Positions 48,301 through 61,720 of a stretch of DNA of 64,000 nt are shown in pieces. A program made the translations under genes and the position numbers. The notes below the pieces were generated by a model, which was not told the DNA's origin, ran no database searches, and saw only the letters and a list, made by a program, of their open reading frames with translations. Source of the stretch: Raillietiella orientalis (taxonomy: Eukaryota); NCBI GenBank assembly GCA_036172245.1, contig JAYWIR010000053.1:558001-622000 (forward strand), written 5' to 3'. How positions within the stretch are numbered: the first letter of the stretch is position 1; each line of letters begins with the position of its first letter.

Positions 48301-50284
48301 GAAGCATTATTGCCCCTGCCCCCCCCCCCCGCCCGCACCCTTCCGCATGCGGGATTCACCCTGATGCGTCGCGCGACAACGGGGAGCCGCCGGGAGTCCG
48401 CGGATCGGGCCGGCGCACAAGGGCGCGTCTCGGGGCGAACCCTGAAGCGACCCTGCCTCCCCGTTACCACCGCGGGTTGGTTGATCGCGGGCGAAAAGCG
48501 AGCACTTCCTTGTTTGCATCGGTTTCCCAAGGACATCTTCCGGCGAGGCGACGCACTGCATCTCCCTCCGCACGCCGTTTTCTCGCTTCTGCTTCCTCCT
48601 CTTCCCTCAGGAAGTCGGCAGAACTTCCTGAGGAGGAAATCTGCCACGACTCTGAAAATCGGAGTGGCACGCCTCCGCCGCTCGTGCAAACGGGTGGTGC
48701 CCTCTCGACTATCGGGAAACCTCCCAGGGAAGACTCCGGTTTTCCGACCGCTCGCTGCGGAGACGAGGGACCGGACGTGCCAGGAGTCAGCCCGGAAGCA
48801 GCGGGCGCACTCCCGGGACCCCGGAGGCGACGCGGTGGCGGCGGCAAGGCAGCTGCCGGTTGGGACGGCTCCGAGGAGAGAACGCCGCGTGTCAGGAGGC
48901 CGGATCTGGAGGTCCGGTCGCCCCAGGGAGAGGCCTCCGTCCCTCGACCGCGAGCGACTTCCGCTCGAGATGTGCGGAAGGCCCGCGCATGGCGAATTTG
49001 GGGTGCGCCGGGCGAATGTGCACCGGCAGGGAGCGCACGCCGTGCACCACCGCCGCAGGCGAGGCGCGGATGCCCTTCGGGCCGCGCGTGCGCAGTTCGC
49101 TGGGGTCCAGGACAGAAAGATCGCAAAAAAGTGGGAAACACACATGCGCTCTATTCTACATACATTCTACATACAAATTTTAATATGAATAGTTATTCCT
49201 ATTTGTTAACGTATATGTTATCATCAGTAGTATTACTTGCAGCAGATACACTTATTAGCTTACCTTTTATTAACATAAGTTATTGATTATATTGTTGATA
49301 TATATATATATTAGAGATTATAAAAATATGTATTCGTATGTATATATATTTATATTAAGATTAATATATAAATCGATATATATTATGAAGATATACACAT
49401 GTGTGTGTTTAGTACATGTATATCTTATTCAAATGAAAACGGCTTTGCCTTGTGTGCTTTTTCTCTCTTTTTTAGTTTTTTTTTCCCGCACCAGAAGACA
49501 AGATTGACCTTCTTGAAGACAAACTTCATCTTGCCTTGCGTTCCGGGGCTCTCGGCATGCAATGACCGAGGTCACAGCTGCGACTTGTAGCTAAGGTCCA
49601 CTGGAGACCCCATGTCCGAATTTCGGTCCCTTTTTTTGTTGTTGTCTTTCCGGTCTTCTGAACTTGCTGCAGCGAATCGGAGGTCTCGTTTTGCATTTCC
49701 TTTCCGCGTCCTTCCTTCCGAGACACCACCCAACTCTTTCGTAAATTAAAGATGGTCGATACGTTGCTGGAAATCGCGCCCCGATAACAGCAACCCTCCC
49801 ATTCCGGGAGCTTCGTCAAGGGACTCGAATTTCCGAGCACCCCTTCCCGGTTTCTTGGAACCGTTTGACTGATCTAAGAAGCAGCTCATGGTGCAGAGAG
49901 GAAAGGAAAAGAAGAAACGCACAATCCAAACCACAGGAGAATGAGATGCTGGAAAAGCCCTTAAAGCGAATGGTTGGTAGCGGAAAGTACGTGGTCGAGA
50001 AAGGGCAAGAAAGCATCGCTTCGGAGCAGCTGCGGATGGGACCCATGGCCATCTTCCCCAGCGTAGGGAGAGACCGTGCGCCCGAGCGGTTTCTAAGGCG
50101 AAGTTCCGAACAGGCTCGCCAGCAGAGGCGAACCGAGCGCATCAGGGTGCGGCTGGGGAGGTCAGTAGCTCATCTCCTAGGGCAAGATCTCGGAACAGAG
50201 ACGGGAGCGCGAAGTTCCAGGTCGCGCGACATCTCTTGGACGTGGGTTTTCCCGAGAGCAGGGAACGGCTGCAAGCCGACTCGC

Positions 50285-50723
50285 CGAGGAAGGTCAAGAA
50301 CACGCCTCGCCTGGAACGCGGTGCCGAAGAAGAGCGACATTGCATCCACGCCCGCATCACGTGCACCCCCTTCACGCCAAGCGACGTCGTCTCGGACAGC
50401 TGGATCAGGACGCTCCACGGAAGCCCGTAGGCTGCGCCGGGGTCGCATGCACGGGTCACCGCCAGCGCAGCGCGCGGACGACGGTAACGGGATCGCCAGA
50501 CCAACCATACTCACGTCGATCTGCACCCCTGGGTACAGGTTGAAGGAGTGCTTCGCGGTCTTGGGATCGGTGAGAAATCTGAAGATTTCCTGATTGTCCT
50601 TCAGCCACCGAACGGCGAAAAGGGATTCTCCTTCGAGATCATAGTTGCAGGTCATCTTGACCTCCGAGCCCGCGACCACGTCGCTGGGTATGTGCAGGCT
50701 GCTAACCTTCAGGGTTTCTGAAA
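50285..50723 (-). CDS. Beaten-path (Beat)-family immunoglobulin V-type domain exons (partial gene; second exon disrupted)
   Basis: Exon 50723-50515 (TTTCAG|...|GTGAGT): LKVSSLHIPSDVVAGSEVKMTCNYDLEGESLFAVRWLKDNQEIFRFL...YPGVQID, the Beat signature CxYDLExExLYxVKWYK..EFYR. Next exon from 50399 (LSETTS...KGVH...C..S.AP.FQ) needs frameshifts. Confidence 0.8.
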
Positions 50724-53700
50724 CTGAAATGGGACCTTTGAGAGGACGCCTTCTGTCCACGGCGAGAAGGCAGCAAAGCCACCTCGGGGACGTCACGGAG
50801 CGAGCGGAACACACGCGAGACTTGCTTCTCTCTTTTCTTTTTTTTTTTTTCCCTTTGGCGGCCACCGAAACGAGGCCACGGGATACACGCAAAGCGAGGA
50901 CCGACGACGCCCTTCTCTTCGCTACGCTCCTTTGTCTCGTCGCATCCGACGGCTGCCGGGACAGCGCATCTTTGGGCGGTCGGTAAACGCAAGCGAAAGG
51001 AGGCGTTCCGGATCTCCAGGTTTGCTGTGCTCGGACGCCCGCGAAAGGAAAGCAGAACGAAGAGAAAGAGAAAATTCAGCTCCCCTCAGTGGAGAGATCT
51101 CAGAGGAACGACCCGGAACGGCTCCCTCCTCACGAGAGACAGGACGGCGTCTCCATGGCTGCAAACATTTGTTAACCCGTGACAAATAAGCGAGCATAAC
51201 TGCCTTTTAGGATTAATTTGTTTACGCGTTTTTCCTCGCGCGCCGAGGATTCCTCTGGAGGCAGCTCTTCGGATGAGGCAGAAGAAACTCCGTTCTGCTT
51301 TGTTTGTACAGAGAGAGCGCGAAGAGGCACACCATTGGCTCTGCCCTCGCACGGGGGTTTCCGGGACACTACGCATCTCCTGTACGGGGCAGCTCGGGTG
51401 CGGCGGTTCCCCCACTTCTCTTTTCCTTCCGTTTTTCCTTTCTATGAGCGTGTCCTTCCACTGCGAGTGCAACGGTGGCAACGGTTTCCCGCGCAACGGA
51501 AAGAAAAAAACAACAACCGCCGTTCCTTTAATGAACGGAAAATCTATTAATAGTAAGTAATTAAGTTGAACAAGAGGACCAAAACTGGCAGCCGCGCCGG
51601 CCCCTCTGCTCGAGCGTTCGACTCCGCGCGCATCGAGAAGGGCACACCGAAGGGCAGCCACGGAGCGAAGCTTTCAGAAATCAGAAGCAAATCAGCCGAT
51701 TAACCACCGGGCAGATCTCTTCCGGCGAATCACCTGCCTCGTTTTCTCCGCATCCCAAGCACCCTTCCGCCCGCCCGCCGCCCACTCCACCGAACAGCCA
51801 GGACTCGTGCCTGGATGAGCACCAAGAGCAACAGCACTGAGGCCTGTGCCCTCCCCCCCCCACCAACCAGCGCCGGTGGCACCGACGGCGTCACACAGCC
51901 TGCTCCGCGAGATCCTCTCGTTCCACCTCGAGGAAGAGAACACCCCTTCGCCGGGACGTGTTGGGACCCGGAGGCACGCACCTCAACGGAGTCCTGCTCA
52001 GGGACGCCCGCGGGGTGTGCCCCCGATCATCGCGCTCCGTGCTCGGCAAGGGGGTGCCCGTTGCTGCAGCAACGGGCACCAGGCGGGCTCGCTCTCCGCT
52101 CCCGCTCCAGAGGCGTTCCGCGAAGGGAACCGGCGACCGCAGCGCCGCGCTCTTTCGAGCGGCGAGGCTCCGCGTTCGGCGGAGACGCGCGCGCGGCGAC
52201 CGCCGGCGCCTCTTGCGCTTGGGACGAGCAGCAGCCTTGCCAGCCCTCAGGAATCCGGGGACAGCGAGGCCCGCCCTCAGGGATCCGGGATGTTCGGATA
52301 GATTCCCTCAAAAGGAAGGAAGGAGGGAAGGAAAAGGAGGAGGACGCGTGTCGCATCGGGAAATTCCTGGAAAGCCCGGTGTGTGCGCGAGGGCCCGGGC
52401 GAGAGATCCAGCTCGGCTCCCAGGTCTGCTTACGCGGCTCGCAGGAGCTCTTCCTCTCAAGGAGCAGATGAGTGATTGCTCCTTCCGCTAGTGACAAGCC
52501 GAGCGTTCACCTGTACCGGAGAGCCGGCTTTAAAAACATAAAATAGAATAAGACGAAGAGAGGGGAAGGAGGAAGGAGAGGCATCCTTCGGGCTGTCGCT
52601 GCTTCCCACTTGACGCGTCTCGACAGATTGCGGCTTGTCATCGCCGAAAATCGCCTTCTTCCCTGTTTCTTCCTTTTACTTTTTTTTTTCTTGCGCGCGC
52701 ATCTCCCAGTCCATCGGCCCTCGGCCACTGCTCCGCAGCCAGCCGAACGCACGAGGAGAGCACGCGCGCGACCATGCGCCCCCCGTAACCCCGAGCACCG
52801 GACGTTCCGGAGCGGCTCGCTTGCCGCGTCCCGCGAGCCTCGGCGTGCTGCTCCGCTCTGCTCGCGTGCGTGCGACAGACGACGCGCACGTTCACCCTCC
52901 TCACTCGACGGGAAAAAAGTCCCCTGCCTTCCTTTTTGTGTGGGGAGCTCGGCACTCCCGCGTGGCGCCCGCACCCGCATAACGGGAGAGCAAGCGGTGC
53001 GTCCAAATCGCCTACCCCCGCGGCCCCCCCAGTGGGCCGGCACAGTTGCCACCGGACGTCCAGCCGTTCCGCGTTGCCACCGCGTGCGCAGTGGCGGCGA
53101 GTCCCCGGCGATGCTCGGGCACGTCCACGCGTACGCGCGCGAGAGCACCGCCAGCGAACTCGATCTTGGCGGCTTCCGCTCTTCTCTCCTCCTCTTCGCT
53201 TCCGCCTGCGGCCCGCTGGTTGGCCTGCCGGTTCTTCCTCGTAGCCGGGCGGCTCGGCAGAACCCGGGGGAGGACTTTTCGTGCTCGCGCCCGAGGGCAG
53301 GGTGAGTGCGCTCGCGTGCGCACAGTCCACGCATGGTCGCGCGCGCGCGACCTCTCCGCCTGCAACACTTGTCTAGCCGGCAACCGCCCGAACGAGGACT
53401 CCACCGAACCATCTTTCCCTTTCCCGGAAGCTACCGTTCCGCGTGCACGGCGGCGGGAGCACACTGATTGGCCCGCGGGCGTGGACCTATCGGCGTCGTG
53501 GAAACCACACGGACGGTCCCGCGACCTCTTTGTCTGGAAAGCACGTGGCATTGCGGGGAACGAGGTGGAATTTCCTGGAAGCGCTCCGTGGCTTGGCCTT
53601 GGAAGATCCTGCTCGTTATCGCTGCTGCATCTTCCCCGTAGCAGAAACTGCAGACGAGCGCAAGCATCGCCAAACGACTTCCCGTTTTGGTACCTGCAGT

Positions 53701-54153
53701 AGGAAGAGGAGGCGCTCTGGTGGCGAAAAAACTCTTCGCACGCAGAACGAGAGGTGCGCATTCCTCACGTCGCATCGCGGATCTTTTTCTTCACCCACAT
53801 CTTCTTCCCGCTGTAGAGGCACACGAGACTGGACTGTCCGTGCTGCCCTTCGATGTCGGTGTGACCTCAGGTTGCCGTCAGTGCTTTGCGCTGTCTCGGG
53901 TTTCTCGTACGTGCACAAGTACGCGAACGGACCCAGCAGTAAGGTGGTCGCGTGCTGCGAGCACCGCTGCACTCGTGCTCCCTCCCACTCTTCGAGCTGT
54001 TAAGCATCAGCGGGCAGCAAACTGCTGAGAGAGGCGGGAAACAGCCTGAGAAAAACCCGCGTCCAGTCGAGGAACCGCGGGCCAGCAGCTTGTAGCGAGC
54101 CTCGTGGAAGGCACAGACGCGGCGGCGGGAACGTCGGAGGCCTGCGGGCCATA

Positions 54154-54785
54154 TGCGGCCCGACGAAGAGGCTGGCTGCCCGTCGCCGGGGTGGATCATC
54201 ATCACCCCGCAGCACCGCGAGGCGACATCCGCCTCCACACGCGCGCGCGGAACGAGGGGATGCAGCACGGGGATCACCTCGAAAACGGTCCATCACTATT
54301 TCCCAGGCAAAATTCCTCCATTCCCTCTCGGCTTCACGTCACGCCGAATGGGGGCGGTGCCGCGACGACGCTCATTCCCAGTCGCACCGACGAGTTTTCG
54401 GGAATGAGCGCGCGCGGCTCCCGAGAAGTGCTGCTGCGAGTCCGCAAAACCAGCCACGAACCTCTCCGGCCTGTACGTACATTTGTACTAAGAAACGCGG
54501 GTGCACGCATGCGTCCGCAGGCTATTTACAAGTCTGGCAACAAGTCTTCGTATCTATAGTGTTCACGGGTCGGGAAGGGTCCACGCCGCGTGCGCACATA
54601 CGGAAACGTCCCATCTCAGCGACGTGTTGCACATCTTCGAAATTTGGCATATTTCAGCCGCTCGGGAGGGAAAAACGCTTGGTACCACCGCGGAGAACCT
54701 TCTGGAAGAGGAGAGCAGCTCTACGAATAATGGCAATGGGCTCTACAATTGGTCGACGAGAGTGACGTCAGGGACGGAAGGCGGA
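54154..54785 (+). repeat. 632-bp direct repeat, copy B
   Basis: Near-identical to 42769-43400. Confidence 0.95.
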
Positions 54786-55099
54786 CGCGCCTCGCCGCAT
54801 TGTTGGTACTCGCGGAGCGCGCGGCTTGCGGTCCGGTGCGACAAAGATGTGCCCACCAACATTGCCTAAGACTCTGAAGGTTTCGCAGGTAGGTTCCCGT
54901 TGCTGTCTCACCGCCCACTGGGGAGGTCATCATGGGGAGGGGAGCGCATGGGAGAAAAAGCGGAGGAGACTTTTGAGTCGGGAGTATCTCAAGTTGGGGA
55001 AGGAGGTTCTCACGCGGCATGAAGGAGTACCGGGGCGGCAGCGAGCGAATGCCCTAGGATTCGTGACCTTCGCCCTGGACTATAGGATGGTCTGCAGGT

Positions 55100-56110
55100 C
55101 CCTGGAGCTTCGAACCAGTTTCCTTGTCGCACCAGAAGGCTTCGGGGATCGAGAAAGAAGAAGGAAACACGCGAGCCTAAGACGGGCCAACAGGTTTCAG
55201 GGCCAAGAGATGAATCCAAAAAAGTGCGCAGGATTTGGCGGACCAGCAGGCAATGTTCCACAAGACTGAAAGCGGCGTGCTGTTGGGAGAGAGCAATTAC
55301 CACCATGCAAGAGCTCAGTTATGCTGCCCACCCATCAATCCGCTAAGAGTGCCATCAAGTGGACTAAGGAATCCCTCGCAACCCATTGGACCTCGAGTAA
55401 ACAAACCCTTGCCAAGCTGCCAGATGCGCGCGATGATGCCAAGGAGATCGGTGCTTGCGGTAAAAGTCGCGCGGGTGCAAAAAACAGGCCGGAAAGGATG
55501 GAGGCAACGCATCTCCGAACTCTGCAATGCCTAATGCGGCCCAGTTGCTCGCTCTCTCCAAGGACTTTTCGGGAGAGCACGCACGACGCCGACGATCGGA
55601 TCTGGAGCTGAAAGTGAGAGTGCCGAGTTGGCCGTGGCCGCGCATGCGCGAGTTCAAGCGGGATCGTCAGGAGACCGCGCGGGGGGAGACGTGCGACCCT
55701 CGCCTCGTCGCGTTCCCAAATGCGCTGGAGCGATCGGCAGACGAGAAGGGATGGAGTCGGGAAGCGTGCTTCCCGTATCCTGAGGTGACAGAAAAATCCG
55801 AAAACCAGCGCAGCGTCCATGGCAACAGATCGACGGCGCTGGCTGACGGATGCGGAGTGACCTTCCACTACGTCGCCGCGTAGGTGCGGATGCTGCTGGG
55901 GGTCCGATCCGCTCCCGCGGAGACGACGCGGCGGCCTGCAGGGCAGCCGCCGCCGACCACCAGCGCAGGAAGACGCGGAGGAGCTCTGCGGCCAGCCAGG
56001 TGGCGCGACGGAAGTACCGCGGAGGAAGAACGGCCGCCCCTCCGCGATTAGCAGCTTCCGCCTCGGCTAACGATCTTCCCGTTTCTCACGGAATCATCTT
56101 GATCGCATTC
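55100..56110 (+). mobile_element. Degenerate 3' end of an RLE-type (R2/R4/NeSL-like) non-LTR retrotransposon
   Basis: Ordered decayed motifs: LRRANRFQG; SAIKWTKESLAT; KSRAG...EATHLRTLQC (CCHC-like); RRRSDL (RPDL-like); CDPRLVAFPNALERSADEK (D...A..EK). Confidence 0.5.
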
Positions 56111-59100
56111 CTGGCTAATGGCGGCGCAGCACCGGTTCCGCGGGTGTCCACCAGAGCAGGCGCAAAAAAGGGAAAAAAAACGCTATTTCGGAGCCGGCAA
56201 GCTGCGGGTCCGTCGCCATCGCAACAGAGCAAGGTCACGGGGGCCTTTGGTCCCTTCCTTCGTGGGAGCAGGCAGCGAATGTGGGAGAGTTCGCGTCAAC
56301 CCCTGGAAGAGGAGAGCACAAACCGCCGACCGCCTCGCACGCCCCCGGGGGAAGCGACGCCTCCCCCTCTCCCGAGCTCTCCCGGCTTGGCAGAGGCGGC
56401 GATCGAGACTCCGATGGGGTCGCGCCCCGCACCCTCCACTCGGCCCTAGAGGAGACGATCCTCTGGTCGTCTCCTGGTTGCAGAACCTCGAAGGACGCAA
56501 GGGACCTGCGGCCAACAGGGAAGAAACCATGGAAGCGTCGGAAAAGCGCGGCGCCCCCTCGGTGCATCAAGGAAGGAGGGGCGGACGGCGGGTGGGCCAC
56601 ATGCCCTTCATTTCCATGCCTCGGGCACAGCGGAAGGTGCGCGCGCTATCCAAAGGAACCGCGGGTGAGAGGAAACTGGAGCCGTCGGCAAGGGTCCCTA
56701 GCTCGGGGAAGCAGCGTGCCCCGGGAAAAGGGGGTCCTGAGTGGGGGCCCTCAGACTTCCCGGGGAATACGCTGCTCCCTGGTCCCTCCTCCTCCCTCTT
56801 GGCGAGTTGCTGCTTCGAGGAGGCGCAAGGCGTTTCTTGTGGACGCTCCTCTGATTCGCCCTCGCGTTCTGCTTCTCTCCTGTTCGGGACGGTGGGAGCG
56901 CGCAGCTCCCCTTCCGCAGGAGAAGGAGGTGGGAGAGAGACGGATGAAACGGGTCGAGGAAAGCACGCCGATAGAGCGAGGGGCGCAGTGTTCTCCCGGT
57001 CGGAGGTGCCGCACTAGGGAGACTTCGCCCGGGCAGATTAAATATTTGGATCGTGAAAGTCCCATGAGCTACTAGGAAGAGCTCGCGACTTGGTCGGAGT
57101 TACAGGAAGACGGCGGCGAGAATGAGCACCACCCTGCTGTTGTCGGTGCAGAGGATCCCTGCGAGTGGCGTCTCGAACTGACCGTTGAGTCCCCCTCTTC
57201 TTTGCTGCGGGATGATCGGCAGCAGTCGGACAAGGGGAAGGGAAGGGGTGAGGAGTCGGCAAAAAGTTGTGCGACCCGAAGGTGGAACACTCGCTCGCTC
57301 CCAGGACCCGGTTGTTGCAAGCGAGAAATCCAGAAGAGATGGAGGAGAAGGGAGGGAGGGGAAGAAGAAACAGACAGGAAGGCGCCCCTGGGATGACGAT
57401 GCTCCGGGCAACAAAGCTCCATTTATGTCGACGCAGGAAACGAAGGCGCGAGTGACGCTGCCGAGGAACAGGCGAAAGCCTGTTGCCAGAGATCGCTCGG
57501 CGGAGATCCCTGGCAACAAGTTCCGGGAGCCAAGAGGTCCCCGCTTGTGCTCGAGCGTAGGGATGATTCGGATAGTCATCAGCTTCCAACAGCAACAGCC
57601 GCTGTTGCTGGAGCTGCCAGTCGCGGCCGCAGGAAGGCAAAAAGCCTTCTGGGCAACGCTCGGGGCTGCGGGAGGTCAGAAAAGCTGTTGATTTTTCCGT
57701 AGACGCCCGCTGCCCTTCGCGGGCTACAGACGCTGCGGACTGCCGCCGTCTCGACCTGCGACCGGATCGTTCCCCGGAGCTCCTCGGTGAGACGCCTCCC
57801 TCCCCGACCCACCGAGAGGCGGGCAAGAGGCCAAAAAAAAGGGCCTAGTCCGAGGAGCCGGGATTCCAGCGAGACCCATCTCTTTCGGTCCTACTTCGCC
57901 CCCAACGTGCGCCGTTCTTCCCTGCCCGGACTTCTGCTGCGGGTGATTTCCCTCCCTCATCCTCCCACTGAGCCCACACCCCTCTGCCCCCGAAGGCTCT
58001 GCTTGGACGGGAGGAGGAGGAAGACGCTATTACAGCGCTGGCAGCCATCCAATGCCGCCGCTCTTTCCTGCGAGAACGCGCGACGTGCCGCCGCGCCATC
58101 CGCAAGCAAACGCCACTCCTCGATGGTTTTCCCCTCTCTGGCAGGCGGAAAAGCAAGAAGTTTCCCTTCCGCCTTGCACTCTTTCCGTTACCGCGGAGCA
58201 GTCCAGAACGCCCCGCGTACCGTGGAGGCGGTTCTGAGTCCCCTACTGGGATGAGGGGGGTGCTTTGCCGTGATGCAAGACGCTCATAGGGATTCCTGTC
58301 GCAGCCGTCCGTTGGCCCGTTCGGCGGCCCCTGTGACCTTAAGCCTTCCGAGCAGACCCCTCCAGGGGAAAACCTCTTCCCTGGGAGGGTAGGGAGGCTT
58401 CTTATGACTTCTTATGTTACTCCTCTTGCAACGCCGCACGCCACCGCTACGGTCTGGGGACGGACCCAGACCATGCCCAACGGCCCTCGCCTTTAGGGAG
58501 TCGCCTCACAAATTGTCCGGGAACCTCTGAGGGGGCACTGCGCGTAGGCGACCTGGCTTATTCGGATGAACACCACCGTCTCGGGGTCCGTCCAGAGGCC
58601 CCCGAGACGCGGAAAACGAAGCACATGAAGGGCGCACACACTCTGGACCCAGAGACTCTTCCTGAGGAAGGAGGGCACTAGTCCGCACTCCTGGAGGGAG
58701 ACGACGCTGGGTGGACGACGAAGAATGACTCGTCGTGCCTTGTGACCCCGTTTCACACAAAACTGACGAAAGGAGATCTGGGGCTGAGCAAGATCCGAGT
58801 ACCACCCGGTTCCTCCAGGTGCCTTCACGGGTACGGGACGTGTGTTGCGGCCTCCCGGAGGGCGAGTCCGGCAAACGACTGCAGCGCTGCGGAACACGGA
58901 GAGAAACAAAGACCCCAGTCGGGCAGCGGTGGAGAGGGGATGGGGGGAAAACGCGCATCCAGTCCTCGGAAGAAAATGGGGAAAAGATGCTGCGGAAGGA
59001 CGAGGAGATGCAGCTCAGCTTCCAGAGGCCTCCGGGAAGAAACCGCCTGCAGGCAGCGGACGAGGACAGGTCCCAAAGAACGGATTCAAAGACGACTCCG

Positions 59101-59499
59101 CGAAGTAAAGAGAGAGAGATGATGGGGGATGAGAGAGGGGATGGCGGCTGCCCTTGTCAAGGAGACAGAAGAGTCGAACGCCAGGAGCGGCTGCTCCCCG
59201 GAAAAAGCGCGTGCTTCTGAGCTTCGGGACCGCTGCAGCCGAGAATGCCTGCGCGGACAAGAACTCCGCAGGCAACGACCTCGGCTTCCGCCGGAGGGTG
59301 GAGAAATCGGGTCGACGACCGACATTTCCGGGTTTCAGCCTATCTTCTGGCCCACAAAGGGATGGGGGAGTCTTCCGCTGGATGAATCGAGGTAGGACTG
59401 CCCCAGCGGCATCCTTTCTTCCCGGGACGATCGCATCTCGGGAAATGTTTCCTGGTACTAGGACGACGGGAAGCGGGGGCGCCCATGCGCCAGACAAGC

Positions 59500-61720
59500 A
59501 TGCGGAGATCTGAGGATGGCTCCCAGTATTCCCTTGATATCGCCTCCCAGGAACCGCCTTTCTGCGGTCATGATCCGTCCTTTCCACCACTTGTCGCTCT
59601 CCTGCCGCACAACAATGGGTGGGCGTCGCCGCATCGCATTGTTGATGACGATTGCTCATGGGCAGAGCAATTTCCACCCCCAATCCACCCCAGTGATTGT
59701 TGTAGATCTCGCTTTTCGAAATTTCTGTTTGGTCTCTTCCTGTCAATGGACTGTCACCTGCAACAATGGTCCACGCTGGGGCGGCGGCGTGGACTGCCGC
59801 TTCGCGAGGCTGCTAAGGCGGAGGCCATCGCGAGGCGACCGTGGCTGGAGGCGCTGAGCACTCGGCACGTTCGCGCTCCTGCTCTTCCCCGCCTTGGGAA
59901 GGATGCGCACGCGCCTGTGAACGGGTTCCTCTCTCCCCCAAGGAGGGGACGTAAAGATGCCCCACCGATCGCGAAATGGGGTGAGAGGGAAGCGGGAGAG
60001 CGGAAAGAAGGGGGGAGGGGGAACGTCACTCCAGAACTCGGAGCAACCCCTCCAAGTCCCGGTTGGAGGACGTGACGCGGTGCCGAACCCGTTAAGGGTT
60101 CAACGCCCCCTCTCGGGGTCGACACAGGCGTGAGCAGCAGCTCAATGACGTCGATGACGATACGAAGGACCTGTCGCCTAACAAAGACAGGGGGTGCACC
60201 CGTTGCTCCCCTTTCCTTTCCTCCCGTCCCCATGATCTCTCCTGGAGGTACTGAGGGATACGCCTTGTTCGAGATATCACGGAGGTGGCCTTCCCCCGGG
60301 ACGCGGGAAAGGAAGGGAGGAGGGGCAGAATTCCCCCTCCCCCCCAGAGCAGAGTAAGGCGAGTGGAGGAACGCTGCCGATAGAAGAAGCGGCAGGGAGC
60401 GTGGGAGGCAGGAGAGGGGGAACAGTAAGAAACACGAGGGTGGTGACTCACCTGGACATCCGAAGACGCAGAAGCATAGGACGGCGACTGCACAGCGAGC
60501 GGCGGCTCTTCGAGCGGGCGTCATGTTCTTCGTCGCACCACTACGGACCACACGTTCTCGCCCGCGAGGATGGCGGGCGCGCGCACGCGGAGTGTCACGC
60601 CGACTAGGAGGGGACGTCGGCAGGCTTTTCCCGCCGCTTCCGAGAGCCGAGCGCCGGGAATCGTCCGCACGCGCAAGCGCCCTGCTCTTCTCCGCGCAGG
60701 ATCACACGCGGCCTCCACGTCGCGGCAAGCCGGGACGAAGCGCACGCACTGGCTCGTCCGTGGCGGTGCCATTTGGACGATGGCGGTTTCCTGGTTCCTG
60801 TCCCTGCTGGTTCCGCACCCCTTTCCTCCCGGAGAGGGAGGACCCCTCTTTCCGAGAGGGATCCACTTGTGCCGCTGAGGCCACGGTGGCGCAGCGGGGG
60901 TTTCTACATCCAGTGCCAGTCTTCCTTGCTGCAGTATTCGACGCCCTGGACCTCTCCGGCTCATTCCTCCTTCCCTGAACTCCCAGTCGCGGATACCAGA
61001 CCGACTGGAAGCCGGTCTGGAAGCTCTGAAAGAAGCGCGTGGGGGTAGATGCGTAGGATCCCTTGAGGGACTCTTTCCCCTCCCCTTTGCAACGAGGGGT
61101 CCTCTTCCCCGTCCGGCCTCGATCTCTCCTGTGAAGAGGAGAAGAGGAACCCTCCGCCACTTGGCTGGTGGTAAGTAGCCGAGAAGGGCGGAAGAAACGC
61201 GCACTTCGCCGCCGCAGGGCAGGAGCATTCTGCAGCTTCTTACGGCATTATCCAGGATATGGGCCCCTAGTGGCACCGCAGAAGAAGGAGCACCACTGAG
61301 CGTGCCTGTCTCCTTGCATTCCCAATGGTTCGTCCTTTGGAGATTGCGGACCTCCCTGGACCAAGTCAGTGGCCTTCGGGAAGGGCAATGTGCAAGGATA
61401 CCCTCAGTTCGCACGTGCGGCATGTCGGGAGGGAAAGAATCGCGGCTCGGTGGCGCAGGGAGCTGCTTTGCAACGGCAGGTCGCGGCTTCGTCTCCCTCT
61501 TCCTGCTGGCAAGCTTCTCTTCCCAACCCCAGATTTGCACCCCGTTGCCATCTTTCACCGCCACATCTCCCGTCTTTTTCTCTCTCTGTCTTGCCAACTT
61601 TCCCGTCATGCCGAAGGTATGCTGCTGCCCAGCCCACTACCGGTTTACACTCCAGACAACCTGTGACTGTCAGTGCACGTCTGAAAAACGATGTGTGCCT
61701 GCCAGGTTATGCCGAAGGAG
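59500..61720 (-). mobile_element. Heavily degenerate LINE (APE endonuclease + reverse transcriptase) remnant
   Basis: Minus-strand motifs in the correct order: IP...QDRERK/GDVAV (APE), DPTH, RDISNKAYPSVP (DxSKAYDSV), GGVAPSSGVTFPL (GVPQGSVLSP-like). Many frameshifts and stops. Confidence 0.55.

Noticed and set aside
47917..49286. Long overlapping ORFs of 423, 384 and 317 aa
   Set aside because: Open in several frames on both strands because of high GC; Arg/Pro/Ala-rich with no recognisable domain.
51700..53450. Many 150-300-aa ORFs
   Set aside because: GC-rich stop-poor sequence; no motifs or consistent splice structure.
53640..53970. Possible degenerate C2H2 zinc-finger array on the minus strand
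   Set aside because: Only fragments (GNLRSH, EKDPRCDV); Cys/His spacing is not preserved.
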